Shown: positions 10,036 to 21,130 of the stretch, piece after piece | How positions within the stretch are numbered: the stretch's first letter is position 1 | Layout of the letters: every line of letters starts with the position of its first letter | NCBI RefSeq assembly: GCF_000306885.1 | Contig: NC_018267.1 | Location: 90,001 to 122,000, forward strand | Direction of reading: 5' to 3' | Origin: Wolbachia endosymbiont of Onchocerca ochengi | GTDB lineage: Bacteria > Pseudomonadota > Alphaproteobacteria > Rickettsiales > Anaplasmataceae | Length of the DNA: 32,000 nt | The notes under the pieces: model-generated | The model's input: the letters and a program-made list of their open reading frames with translations, nothing else | Told to the model about the DNA's origin: nothing | Databases searched by the model: none | Program-made: the position numbers and the translations under genes

Positions 10036-11022
10036 ATGAAAAATAGTATAATAATCATTACAGGAATTACAGCTTCAGGTAAATCAGAATTATGCAATAA
10101 TCTAATGAAAAAATATTTGAATATTAGCATAATAAACTGTGACTCAAAAAAGATATACAAGGAAATTCCCATAATTACTGCTCAGCCATTGAAGCAAGAA
10201 AAACCTTATAAATTGTATGGATATGTTTCGGCAAGAGAAAACTACTCCGTGGGTCTATGGCTAGAAGATTTGAAGAAGGAAATCAATAATGTATTAGAAA
10301 ACTCACAAGTACCAATCATTACTGGAGGAAGTGGGTTTTATATCAGCAGTTTGATCAAAGGCTTGTCATCAATTCCACAAATAAGTCAGGAAGTAAAAAA
10401 AAATGTAAGTGAGTTCAGAAAAAATTTAAGCAAAGAGGAGTTCTATAAATTAGTGTTAAACAAAGACCCAAAAATTCAAGGTAAAATATTCATGAATGAC
10501 TCACATCGCCTTTCAAGAGCACTTGAAGTTATTACTGAAACTGGCAAGTCAATTTTTATATGGCAAGAAAATAGACAGCCTCCTTTAATCAATAATTTTA
10601 AGATATATACAATTTTACCTAAACGCGAGGACGTATATCGAAAAATAAATTCCCGCTTTATTACAATGATTAAAAATGGAGCAATTGATGAAGTAAAAAA
10701 TCTACTTGGTATGAACTTAGCCTTATATTTGCCAGCCATGAAAGCACATGGAGTTCCAGAAATTATAAAATACTTAAAAGGTAAGATTACCCTAAACGAA
10801 GCAATACAAATTGCTCAAACAAATACAAGACATTACGCAAAGCGCCAGTATACTTGGTTTAAAAATCAACTCCCAAACTCTGAAGTAATCAACTGCATAG
10901 AAGATTTTCACTCTTCCTTTAATCTAATACAGCCTTTTTTACTACTTATTCTGTATAACAGTCTCGATGTATTGATTGGTAGTTTAACTTGTTTTAAGTA
11001 CTTTTTACTTTCAATAATCTAG
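10036..11022 (+). CDS. miaA: tRNA dimethylallyltransferase (MiaA)
   Basis: GITASGKSELCNNLM P-loop, INCDSKKIYKEIPIITAQP, ITGGSGFYISSL, NDSHRLSRALEV, ANTRHYAKRQYTWFKNQ. Confidence 0.93.
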   Translation: MKNSIIIITGITASGKSELCNNLMKKYLNISIINCDSKKIYKEIPIITAQPLKQEKPYKLYGYVSARENYSVGLWLEDLKKEINNVLENSQVPIITGGSGFYISSLIKGLSSIPQISQEVKKNVSEFRKNLSKEEFYKLVLNKDPKIQGKIFMNDSHRLSRALEVITETGKSIFIWQENRQPPLINNFKIYTILPKREDVYRKINSRFITMIKNGAIDEVKNLLGMNLALYLPAMKAHGVPEIIKYLKGKITLNEAIQIAQTNTRHYAKRQYTWFKNQLPNSEVINCIEDFHSSFNLIQPFLLLILYNSLDVLIGSLTCFKYFLLSII

Positions 11023-12060
11023 CAAAGCTACCTGTTTCATTGTAACTACACATCTTTCTCCTTTATTATTCTTTTATATAATATAGCCAAAAATGCTCTT
11101 AATCAATTCTAAAAACTCTTTAAATGACATCAAAACAAACTTTTACTTTTTGTTGCATTCCATCGACAACTGGCTAATACCCTACCCCTTCAAAAATAGT
11201 AAGAGATAACTTACTATCTTTTATATATTACGCATCTTTCCCATCCTAAGATTTAAGTGAACTTCAGTAAGCTACGCAACTACTTATATAATTTTTCATT
11301 TTAGCTTTGTAAAAGCGTTAGTAGAAACTAGCTCTTCAACTGTAACTGTGCATAGCCTGAATCACTGTAACCAATATGCATTGTTAATGATTAAACCTGA
11401 ACAATAACTTGTATCCCATAGGTAAATAAAGAAGATATGTTCCTTTAACATACAAGGCACTTACATACCTTATTTGGTTACAATCAGTAACCTTCCCTCC
11501 AAGGGATAATCCCTCTTGGAACTTGAGTTTCAACATATTTAAACATTCTCTTAAAAACTTCTTTTACAAAAAAAAACGGTAGTCTTCATCTTACTCTCTT
11601 TGAGAGTAAACTATTATACTCTGTATATAATTTTTCGATCAAATTTCTACTTATATTTTTGTTGTCAATAACAAAATCTATCCTTTGAAAATTTTTACAA
11701 ACTTGTTCATCAGAGCTTACTGATCTATTATCCTTATCGGCTCTTAACATGCTAAAATTAAACTTTTTTGTTCGAGTTCTCAGCGAATTACTGAACTTTC
11801 TTTTTTCTCCTATATAAAATCATTTATTATCAACATCTTAATATAGAATGCAGTAGTACAATACATGAAATATTTAATAAGCCAACAAAAATACTTAACA
11901 CTGATACAAGCTCTACAACGACAAATAGTAACAGCTTCATCACCAAACTATAGAACCTTTAGAAGACCTCTTATTAAGGATAAAAAGGTTTTACACATAC
12001 ATAAATCCCAGCAAACAACCAAAAGTACTGATTTCTCTAAAATAGCAATTTAGAGAACAT

Positions 12061-14043
12061 ATCTAAATTTCATTTCACAATACTGCCTAAACTCTGTGGT
12101 GGAAATAAAGTAATGAACCTGCTGTTTTATAGGCCGTCCAGTCATATAGATAGAAAAAAGTCATTACTTGATGCTCAAATTGAAAAATTTCAACTTTCAT
12201 GGCAAAAGTTTGTGAGCATTACCCGCCTCACTCTTAAAGAGAATCCCATATAAAATAGTCATTGAAAGTAAAAGTCAATACATACTTATAATCTTTTTTA
12301 ATTATTCAATTAATTATTGATATAAATTATTTCCAAACGGAGCCAATATAATTATTAGTGAAAACTCGAAAAATTTCCCAAACATTGGCAAATCGCTCAT
12401 CCAGATTATGTATTGCTTAACATTAGCCTATTTTAAAAAATAGCTAGCATAGAATCGGTTTACTAATTGTATCGCAACATCACCGATAGAAGTATCGGAA
12501 ATATGATAAGCTCTAGTTAAAAAAAAACTGCCCAATTTGCCAGAATGGATAAACGCCATGTTAATTAAAAAACTGCTAAGTTGAAGAGAAAATATTATGA
12601 AGTTGCACAAGCCAAGCTCATTAACTGAAGCGGAATTTTCAAGGAAAAGGCTTACTTATAGTAATTTTTACATATCGACTAACACTAAAACTTCAAGAGA
12701 AAACTATGTAAAAAAAAAATGAACAGAGAATTTACAATATCCAATAAATATATAAAAAACAAGTCTTGAATAACTATCGTTTTAAATTAAAAAATAATCA
12801 AGTTAGTATAATAGGTGAAATTTCAGAAGATAAAAATCTTAAGCACCATATGATAAGTAAGTTTACTTCAAAGTGATATTGGTAGTGGAAAGACCGTGAT
12901 TGCACTTTTTGCAATGCTTAATCTAGTAGAAAACAATATGCAATCAGCTCTAAGCACCAACTACTATTATCTGCAGAAGCACAATACCATTATTAAATCA
13001 AAAAGGCTTTATTCTGTACTGATAATATAAAATTACTCTACTCTCTGGCGAGACTACACGCAAGAAAAATTATCATGAATGAACTTATAAGCGGTATTTT
13101 AAACATAGTGTTTAGCACTCACGCACTATCTCAAGCTAACATCACATTTAAAATTTTTGGGCTTGCAATTATAGGTGAACAATAATGATTTGTAGTGATG
13201 CAGAAAAATCTGCTTAGCAAAAAAAGGAGAAAATGCCGATATACTTTTTGTTACCGCAACTCCAAGAACTTTACAGCAAGCCATGTATAATAGTATTGAA
13301 TACTTAGTTTTAAGGAAAAAGAAATCAGAATCCAGATTATCAATAAAAACTGTCACTATAAATATCAAGAAAGTACTAAATTTTACTAAAAGGTTCAAGA
13401 ATACTATATATATGAGCAAAAAAGCATATTGAATTTATTCATACATAGTAGGAAACGGGGGAGCTCAATATCACTGCAGCAGAGATGCGCTTCCAGGAAG
13501 CATAAAAAACACTTTTTAATAAAGTCGAGATAATATACAGGAAATTAACCAAGGAACAGAAAAATCAAGTTATGTTTTCTCTCAAAAAAGATAAATTTTC
13601 TCTGCTTGTTACAACCACTGTAATAAAAGTTGGCGTAGACATACTAGATGCAACAACCAATTCTAATTATAGAAAATACAGAGCAACTTGGATTATCGCA
13701 ATTACACCAGCTAAGAGGCAGCGTAGAACGAGGAAACAAACCATATTATTAATACAATAACTTAAGTCAAAGCTCACCCTCAAAGTTAAAGATAATGCGT
13801 AAGTCGCAAGATGAATTTTACATTCTGGAAAGAACATGATATTAAGAGACAGAAGAGATATTTTAGATATAAAATAATCAGGATACGTGAAGTTTAAATT
13901 TTGCTAATTTATACAAGAACAGAAAGTTACTTAATCTCACATACAACAACACAAAAAGCACAATAGTCAAGAATAAATCTTTTAAATTACTGCTTGATAT
14001 ATTTGAATACAGAAGTAGGCTTCATTTCTCAAAGTTTCAGTAG
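12061..14043 (+). pseudogene. recG: Degenerate ATP-dependent DNA helicase RecG
   Basis: Collinear RecG-like fragments in shifting frames over ~2 kb: LPKLCGGNKVMNLLFYRPSSHIDRKKSLLDAQIEKFQ; KLEKFPKHWQIAHPDY; KPSSLTEAEFSRKRLTY; FKLKNNQVSIIGEISEDKNLKHHMIS; DIGSGKTVIALFAMLNLVENNMQSALSAPT; FSTHALSQANITFKIFGLAIIGE; ILFVTATPRTLQQ; FSLLVTTTVIKVGVDILDATT; QLRG-like fragment (SPAKRQRR region); final YVKFKFANLYKNRKLLN...LHFSKFQ*. Multiple stops and frameshifts. Confidence 0.9.
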
Positions 14044-14148
14044 ATTTATTGCATAGCTCTGTGTGTTATTGGTAACGTGAAAAACCGTACACATTCACCA
14101 AAGTTGTGATGATGTGAAAAGAAAATTCCTAGCTATAAGATATAAAAC

Positions 14149-15696
14149 TTAATGAAAGAAGCTACGAATACCAGTAAAAAACATAGCGATTTTACTCTCA
14201 TTTGCAGCTGCTATCACATCTTGATCTTTTAGCGAACCACCAGGCTGGATTATCGCTGTAATTCCATGTTTTGCACTTTCTATTATACTATCTGGAAATG
14301 GGAAAAATGCATCTGAAGCAAGCACAGCACCTTTACATCTTTCACCTGCTCTTTTTATTGCAATGTCCACACTGCCTATTCTACTTGTTTGCCCTGCACC
14401 GATGCCAATAGTACATCCACTTTTTGCTATAACTATCGCATTGGATTTCACATGCTTACATATTTTCCAAGCGAAAATCAAATCTTCCTTTTCTTTCTTT
14501 GTTACAGAATGCTTCGTCACTTGGCTAATTCTTCCTGCCTCTATCAAGTAGTTATTATTTTCTTGTATTAAAAAACCACTAACAACATTTTTGATCTGAT
14601 ATTTTGTACTTTTCTGAAAGGGTTTATAAATAATCACTCTTAAATTCTTCTTTCTTTGTAAAACTTCTAACGCTTCACTGTTTACTGATGGTATTATCAC
14701 TACTTCTAAAAATATCTCACTTAATTTCTCTGCTAGCTTTAAATCTAGCTCACGATTTAAGGCTACTACACCACCGAAACTGCTTATTTCATCACACAAT
14801 AAAGCCTTTTCATATGCTTCCAAAGCGTTATTACCAACAGCAGCACCACATGGGTTATTATGCTTGATTATCACTGCTGTAGGTTCTTTAAATTCAGAAA
14901 CTATGTTAAGCGCAGACTCTACATCTAGTATATTATTATAACTCAACTCTTTACCATGTATTTTTTCTAGCGGACATTTTGTAAACTGATTGCTATAAAA
15001 TGCAGCTTTTTGATGAGGATTCTCTCCATATCTTAGTTCTTGTGTTTTATATCCGTATAGAGCAAAAAACTCTGGTAATTCACTATTCTTACTCTGTGAT
15101 AAAAACCAACTATAAATATTAGAATCATAGTATGCAGTGAGAGCAAACGCTTTAGTTGCTAGATATTTTCTATATTCCAATGTTGTTTTATTGTTGTTTT
15201 CAATCATTTGAATTTTTAGTGTTTCATAGTCCTGAATGCTAGAAATAACTGAAGTAAAATAAAAATTTTTTGCTGCAGCTCTAATTAAAGCTACTCCACC
15301 AATATCAATTTGCTCTACAATTTGCTCCTCATCTGACCCGCTATTCACTGTCTCCCAGAATGGATATAGATTAATTATAAGAAGATCTATAGGCTCAATT
15401 CCCAAACCTTGCATCTCCTCTTTATGCTTTTCCCGATCACAGAGTATCCCTCCATGAATTTTAGGATGCAAAGTTTTCACTCTACCACCTAATACTTCTG
15501 GAAAGTGTGTATAATCTGAGACTTCTCGCGTTTTTATTCCAGCATCAGATAGCACTTTACAAGTATTCCCTGTTGAAAGAACTTCCATTTGTTGCTGTAT
15601 TAAAAATGATGCAAGGTCAATTATATTTGACTTATCATAAACCGATATTAAAGCTCTTTTCACTTCAAATATAGAAAATTTCTTAAGATTATACAC
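14149..15696 (-). CDS. purH: Bifunctional AICAR formyltransferase / IMP cyclohydrolase
   Basis: 515 aa; RALISVYDKSNIIDLA, GGRVKTLHPKIHGGILCDR, IGGVALIRAAAKN, LRYGENPHQKAAFY, HNNPCGAAVG, GITAIIQPGGSLKDQDVIAAAN. Confidence 0.98.
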   Translation of the reverse strand: MYNLKKFSIFEVKRALISVYDKSNIIDLASFLIQQQMEVLSTGNTCKVLSDAGIKTREVSDYTHFPEVLGGRVKTLHPKIHGGILCDREKHKEEMQGLGIEPIDLLIINLYPFWETVNSGSDEEQIVEQIDIGGVALIRAAAKNFYFTSVISSIQDYETLKIQMIENNNKTTLEYRKYLATKAFALTAYYDSNIYSWFLSQSKNSELPEFFALYGYKTQELRYGENPHQKAAFYSNQFTKCPLEKIHGKELSYNNILDVESALNIVSEFKEPTAVIIKHNNPCGAAVGNNALEAYEKALLCDEISSFGGVVALNRELDLKLAEKLSEIFLEVVIIPSVNSEALEVLQRKKNLRVIIYKPFQKSTKYQIKNVVSGFLIQENNNYLIEAGRISQVTKHSVTKKEKEDLIFAWKICKHVKSNAIVIAKSGCTIGIGAGQTSRIGSVDIAIKRAGERCKGAVLASDAFFPFPDSIIESAKHGITAIIQPGGSLKDQDVIAAANESKIAMFFTGIRSFFH

Positions 15697-16683
15697 AAAA
15701 AAAAAGAGTTGTCTATAGCTCTAACCCAAGCTTCTCAGTAGAATTTCTTCTTACTAATTATATCAGTTCAGTATTGTTCGCGCAGCTTCACGAAATACAG
15801 CTAGTTCTACACTCTAATAATCCCATTTTAATATTCTACTATGCTGATTAACTTCCTTAAAGACACACTATTTTGGTATTAATCCAATATAAGCATCAAC
15901 CATTTAAATATTTTTCTATATTTCACCATAAATTGATACATATTACCTATATCATCATATATTATATTAAAGCTTTACGTACAATTATCCTTTTCATTGC
16001 TCATATTTTCTGCTTAAACAAGCAAACCTCTTATAAAATCTGTTTTATTTTCTATATACATTTCTCTATCTTAAAAGAAAATCTCACTTAGTTTATCTCT
16101 ATAATTTAGAATATTTTCTCGCTCTTTTGTGATCTCCTTTCAAGCAGTTACGCAAAGCAAATAATAGCTTTTATGCTTTCTACTATCCTGAATAAAACAC
16201 AAGCATAGAATAAATTTTGCTATGTGAACTTAGTAACTATACATATCACCTACTAAATATCATTTCTCTGTTCCGTAGATACTCATATTGTAATTTCCCC
16301 ATAGCTTTGTGATATGATCGTCCACCAATTTCAATGATTTAACGGTTATACACGTATTTATAACTGGCTTTTCAAGATATTTTACTATTAATATATCATC
16401 AACATGCTCAAGATCAATTATCCAATTTTTAACTTTAGATAATATTCTATTTCTTTCTTAAATTGAATAGAGCAAAGTTTATCATACTCTCGAATTTGCA
16501 TCATATTAACATCTAGAAAATATCATCCCTATTACAAACTGGCATTAATTAATCTAATAAACTAGCAAGTAAAATAGAAAATTTAACCGTTTTTTCTCCT
16601 CTCGCTATTACAGACTTATACCACAATTAAGCTTAAATATTCAGCATGAAAAAGCTTCTTACAAAATTCCTCCTTTGTTGCCA

Positions 16684-16755
16684 TCTAAATAGCTGACACT
16701 GGAATCTGTTTTCTTTCCTTTTTTAGATCTCAGCATCACTCACTAGAGTGACACT
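16684..16755. repeat. Degenerate small intergenic inverted repeat
   Basis: tctaaatagctgacactggaatctgtt...agatctcagcatcactcactagagtgacac: two facing arms related to a GATYCCAGTGTCA-type sequence, also seen near 18567-18590 and 18730-18775. Confidence 0.35.
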
Positions 16756-17077
16756 AAAAAGTAGACCATCATTTTTCATATAAACAATAGTTTTGCAAGA
16801 AAACCCAGATTACTTTCACTTAAACAATAAATATACAAGGATCCTGCTAACTTTATTGTTTGATTCTATCCCATTTTAACACTTCCTATGAGCATTGTGG
16901 GTGTAGAAAAAAAACTGCAAATTATGGAAATTACTCTTAAATTAGATCACAACTCCTCAAATAAACTGCATACTATAAAGCAATTACATATACAGTAAGA
17001 AACTAAAAATGTTAGCAGGTAAGAGAAAGAAAGGGATAAAGGAAATCACTTTAAGCGTTGATACTAAAACTAGTCGC

Positions 17078-18511
17078 TTATAGGTTCACCATTTCTTCCG
17101 GTTTCACTATTTTTTCAAATTCTTTCTCAGTAAGCAGGCCTAGCTTCATTGTCGCTTCTTTTAGAGTGATATTTTCTTTATAGGCAAGTTTCACTATTTT
17201 TGCTGCATTGTCATACCCTATGTAGGTATTTAATATAGTTACTAGCATTAGTGATTGATTCACCAAATCTTTTATTCTTTTTTCATTTGCTTTGATACCA
17301 AGCACACATTTTTGTGCAAAATTTAAACTTGCGTCAGCTAAAAGTCTTATAGACTGTAAAACATTGTAAATTATTACTGGCTTAAACACGTTCAATTCAA
17401 AATGACCATTTGAACCACTAATAGTTACAGCAACATGGTTCCCCATAACTTGAGCACATACCATAGTTATTGCTTCACATTGAGTTGGATTTACTTTACC
17501 TGGCATAATTGAAGAACCAGGCTCATTTTCTGGTAATGTTATTTCTCCAATCCCACATCTTGGACCAGAACTAAGTAGCCTTATATCATTTGCAATTTTC
17601 ATTAAACTAACTGCTATCGTGTTGAGTGTTCCACTTAACTCAACTAAAGCATCATTTGCTGCCAATGCTTCAAATTTGTTTTTTGCTGAAGTAAACGGAA
17701 GACCGGTGATTTTTGCTATTTCTTTGGCAAAACTCTCGGCAAAGCCTTGATTAACATTCAATCCTGTACCAACTGCAGTACCACCTTGTGCAAGCTCATA
17801 TACATTGCTCAAAGTTAATTTTATCCTCTCTATTCCCTTTTCAATTTGAGTCATATAGCCAGAAAACTCTTGTCCCAGTGTCAGAGGCGTTGCATCTTGC
17901 AAATGAGTACGGCCTATTTTTATTATATTTTTAAATTCCTGAACCTTATTATCTAACGCTTTATAAAGCCATTCAAGATTTGGAATGAGAAAATGATTTA
18001 TTTGCTTTGCCACTGCTATATGCATTGCTGTTGGAAAGGTGTCATTTGATGACTGACAACGATTCACATGATCATTTGGGTGTACAGGAAATTTACTACC
18101 TAAATTACCACCTAAAATCTCTATTGCACGGTTACTGATTACTTCATTCATATTCATGTTGGTCTGAGTCCCAGAACCAGTTTGCCATATAACAAGAGGA
18201 AATTCGTCGTTGAATTTACCATCTATTATCTCTTGTGCAGCTGTGCAGATTGTATTACCCACTTTTTCGTCTATAGTACCATACTTCATGTTCACACGTG
18301 CTGCTGCAAGTTTTACCACCGCTAACGCTTCAATTAGAGGTTCTGGTATTTTTTCTATGCCGATTTTGAAATTGTCCAAGGAACGTTGTGTTTGTGCTCC
18401 CCAGTAATGTTCATTTGGTACTTTTATCTCACCTAAGCTATCTGATTCTAGCCTACTTTTTTTACCCATATTCCCCCCTTTCATATCATACAAACTCGAA
18501 TACGACTTCAC
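17078..18511 (-). CDS. fumC: Fumarate hydratase, class II
   Basis: 477 aa; [55 protein letters not shown], signature [15 protein letters not shown]. Start may be the internal [14 protein letters not shown] rather than the track start. Confidence 0.97.
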   Translation of the reverse strand: MKSYSSLYDMKGGNMGKKSRLESDSLGEIKVPNEHYWGAQTQRSLDNFKIGIEKIPEPLIEALAVVKLAAARVNMKYGTIDEKVGNTICTAAQEIIDGKFNDEFPLVIWQTGSGTQTNMNMNEVISNRAIEILGGNLGSKFPVHPNDHVNRCQSSNDTFPTAMHIAVAKQINHFLIPNLEWLYKALDNKVQEFKNIIKIGRTHLQDATPLTLGQEFSGYMTQIEKGIERIKLTLSNVYELAQGGTAVGTGLNVNQGFAESFAKEIAKITGLPFTSAKNKFEALAANDALVELSGTLNTIAVSLMKIANDIRLLSSGPRCGIGEITLPENEPGSSIMPGKVNPTQCEAITMVCAQVMGNHVAVTISGSNGHFELNVFKPVIIYNVLQSIRLLADASLNFAQKCVLGIKANEKRIKDLVNQSLMLVTILNTYIGYDNAAKIVKLAYKENITLKEATMKLGLLTEKEFEKIVKPEEMVNL

Positions 18512-18566
18512 TACATATTTCTCTCATGTGAATATTTCTACATCTTCATCATTAAACCATTACTAA

Positions 18567-18590
18567 TCCACTAGTGTCAAGTACACTGGT
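18567..18590. repeat. Short inverted repeat of the CAGTGT/ACACTG type
   Basis: ccactagtgtcaagtacactggtatt: arms CTAGTGT and ACACTGG around CAAGT. Confidence 0.35.
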
Positions 18591-18729
18591 ATTATAATAG
18601 CTCGAAAGTAACTCCCTTTATAAGAAAGTATCAAGAACTAGCATAATATCTCTTTGAACTCTTAAATTATCTTAGCTATTAATAAATTTACTAAATAGAA
18701 AAAAGAACAAAGATTATTAAGAGTGCTAT

Positions 18730-18775
18730 TCAAGTAGCCAACACCAAGATCAAAAAATACAGATTCCGATGTTAC
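18730..18775. repeat. Degenerate copy of the same small intergenic inverted repeat
   Basis: tcaagtagccaacaccaagatcaaaaaatacagattccgatgttacac; left arm resembles 16686-16706 (aaatagctgacactggaatc) at about 15 of 20 positions, with a facing gattccgatgttac arm. Confidence 0.35.
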
Positions 18776-19185
18776 ACCCTGAAATAACATTACTTATTAT
18801 AAAAATAAATGTTTATTTATGAATTGCTTTAATATTTAAGAAATTTATCAAGTAAAAAAAGCAAAAAACCTAGGATAACTAGTACTCAAATATTGCTTAC
18901 CAATTTTTGATATCCTCTTTGCTGTCTTAAACATTTTATAAGTGCGCTTCAGCACTTGTATAGGCAAAAAACTATAGAAACTTTATCAAGATAACAACAC
19001 ACATAGTACGAAAAACTAACATGAGATGCCAAATACATTGAGTTTTACCATTAACCTAATACAGAGATTACAAAAGTGAATAAAACATCTTCAGTATCAT
19101 GATAAGGAAATTGATCAAGGTTGTTGAATAATTTCTGCATTTAATTTTAAACTAAAAAGAGCTCGAAATGCAAAGAGGTCAAACT

Positions 19186-20763
19186 TTAAAGTGTACGTTT
19201 AATAGCAGTATCTATAAGAGAAATTGTATTACCTATCCCATAAAGCTTTATGAAAGATCCCATTCTTGGACCGGTTTTTTGGCCAAGTAACGTTCTATAT
19301 AGCAACTGAAACCAATCGCGTAAATTACTATAATTATGCTTTTTTCCAATTGAAAAGACATGAGATTGAATTTCTTCAGCAGTAGTTATAATAGGTAGAG
19401 AATATAGGGCATTCTTTAAATCTAGTAAAGCTTCTTTCTCTTTTTCATTTGGAACTTTATATGCTTTTGCTGGCTTGATAAAGTCGTGATAATACTTAAC
19501 CGCAAAGTCTGAAAGCCTGTCGAGCATTTTATCACTTTCTGGTGTAATATTCGATACATAAGCAGATATAAAACCCCAAAGAATCTCTTTATTTTCAGCA
19601 TTACAAGCTGCTGCCAGGTTTAAAAGTAACGAGAAGTTTATACCTGAAATCCCTATGCTTGGAACATTGCCTTGGTGAATATGCCATACAGGACTATTCA
19701 TATATTTTTCTTTATCCTCATTATATAACTTAACAAACTCCAGATATTTATCAGTTGACCTTGGTATAACATCGAAATGTAAACGTTTAGCCTTCTTTGG
19801 ACTCTGAAAGATATACAACGCTAAACTCTCTGTTGGGGCATAAGTGAGCCACTCTTCAATTGAAATACCATTTCCTTTTGATTTTGATATTTTCTTTCCT
19901 TCTTTATCAAGAAAAAACTCGTAGGAAAACAGAAGTGGTGGCTTTTCTCGAAGAATTTCACATACTTGACTTGAAAGTACAGCAGATGAAACCAAATCTT
20001 TTCCATGAGCTTCATAATTGACTCCAAATGTAGCCCATCTCATTCCCCAATCTGGTTTCCATTGCAATTTACATCTGCCTTTTGTCACTGGAACCTCTAT
20101 TTTTTCTCCATCTGTATCTTCATATGTGATTGTTCCTTTATTGGCATTCCTTTCAATTATTGGAACTTGTAAAACTCGAGAAGCTTTTGGACATATTGGT
20201 AAAAACGGACTATAGGTTTGTTGCCTTTCTTCTCGAAATGATGGAAGCATTACATCCATTACTTTGTCGTAATTCTTCAGCAAAAGTAAAAGTTTTTCAT
20301 CGTAAACGCCAGATTTATAGCACTCTGTAGCACTTCTAAATTCGTATTCAAAATTAAATAAATCAAGAAATTTACATAACAGTGAATTCATATGGTGGCC
20401 ATAACTTTCGTGGGTGCCAAATGGGTCAGGTATCATCGTTAATGGCTTATTTAAATGCTCTTTTAGCATCCCTTGATTCGGCACATTATCTGGTATTTTT
20501 CGCAAACCATCCATATCATCAGAAACTACAATAATCTTAGTCTTTATATCAGGAGCTATTTTCTTTAGTGCATTCGCAACAACTGTAGTACGAAAAACCT
20601 CCCCAAAAGTACCAATATGTGGCAAACCTGAAGGTCCATAGCCAGTTTCAAATATTATCCCCTTTTTATTAGGAAATCTTTGTAATATTTTTTCTGCTTC
20701 CTGAAATGGCCAGCTTATCATCATTGAATTCAAATTACTTATCTTACCTAAAGAGGTACTCAT
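19186..20763 (-). CDS. lysS: Lysyl-tRNA synthetase, class I
   Basis: 525 aa; class I HIGH-like GPSGLPHIGTFGEVFRTT, KGRCKLQWKPDWGMRWA, GKDL, and KMSKS-like EGKKISKSKGNG. Confidence 0.95.
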   Translation of the reverse strand: MSTSLGKISNLNSMMISWPFQEAEKILQRFPNKKGIIFETGYGPSGLPHIGTFGEVFRTTVVANALKKIAPDIKTKIIVVSDDMDGLRKIPDNVPNQGMLKEHLNKPLTMIPDPFGTHESYGHHMNSLLCKFLDLFNFEYEFRSATECYKSGVYDEKLLLLLKNYDKVMDVMLPSFREERQQTYSPFLPICPKASRVLQVPIIERNANKGTITYEDTDGEKIEVPVTKGRCKLQWKPDWGMRWATFGVNYEAHGKDLVSSAVLSSQVCEILREKPPLLFSYEFFLDKEGKKISKSKGNGISIEEWLTYAPTESLALYIFQSPKKAKRLHFDVIPRSTDKYLEFVKLYNEDKEKYMNSPVWHIHQGNVPSIGISGINFSLLLNLAAACNAENKEILWGFISAYVSNITPESDKMLDRLSDFAVKYYHDFIKPAKAYKVPNEKEKEALLDLKNALYSLPIITTAEEIQSHVFSIGKKHNYSNLRDWFQLLYRTLLGQKTGPRMGSFIKLYGIGNTISLIDTAIKRTL

Positions 20764-20827
20764 TTCAATAGATTTTTAATTAATAATATAGTATTAGTGT
20801 TGAAGCTATTAGTCAGAGGGTCAAAAA

Positions 20828-21121
20828 ATGTCTACAGGTAGCATACAAACAAATCAATTGTTTAAAGGTCTTACAAGACCTGCGATGCTTTTCGGTGTGA
20901 GTTATATGTTTGCAATATTAAATGTTCTAATTTGCATGTTAATTTTTATTAATATAAATGATCTTAGAACTTTCTTGATGTTATTCGGAATACACGGACT
21001 TGGTTATATAGCTTCCGCAAAAGAACCGCTGTTTATTGAATTATTTATGGTAAAATTAGGAAAGTGCTCAAGATGTTTAAACCGTCTTTATCATGGAGCT
21101 AATTCTTACGATATTACTTAA
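20828..21121 (+). CDS. virB3: Type IV secretion system protein VirB3
   Basis: 97 aa, LFKGLTRPAMLFGVSYMFAILNVLICMLIFININ..., immediately upstream of virB4. Confidence 0.93.
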   Translation: MSTGSIQTNQLFKGLTRPAMLFGVSYMFAILNVLICMLIFININDLRTFLMLFGIHGLGYIASAKEPLFIELFMVKLGKCSRCLNRLYHGANSYDIT

Positions 21122-21130
21122 TGTTATACA

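Noticed and set aside
11865-12053. 62-aa plus ORF MKYLISQQKYLTLIQALQRQIVTASSPNYRTF... just before the recG remnant
   Set aside because: Considered as recG 5' end or a flagellar FlgB-like fragment; it does not match the RecG N-terminus and one short resemblance is not enough to call it.
12428-12610. 60-aa minus ORF, and 13126..13419 minus ORF
   Set aside because: Antisense to the decayed recG; explained by that pseudogene.
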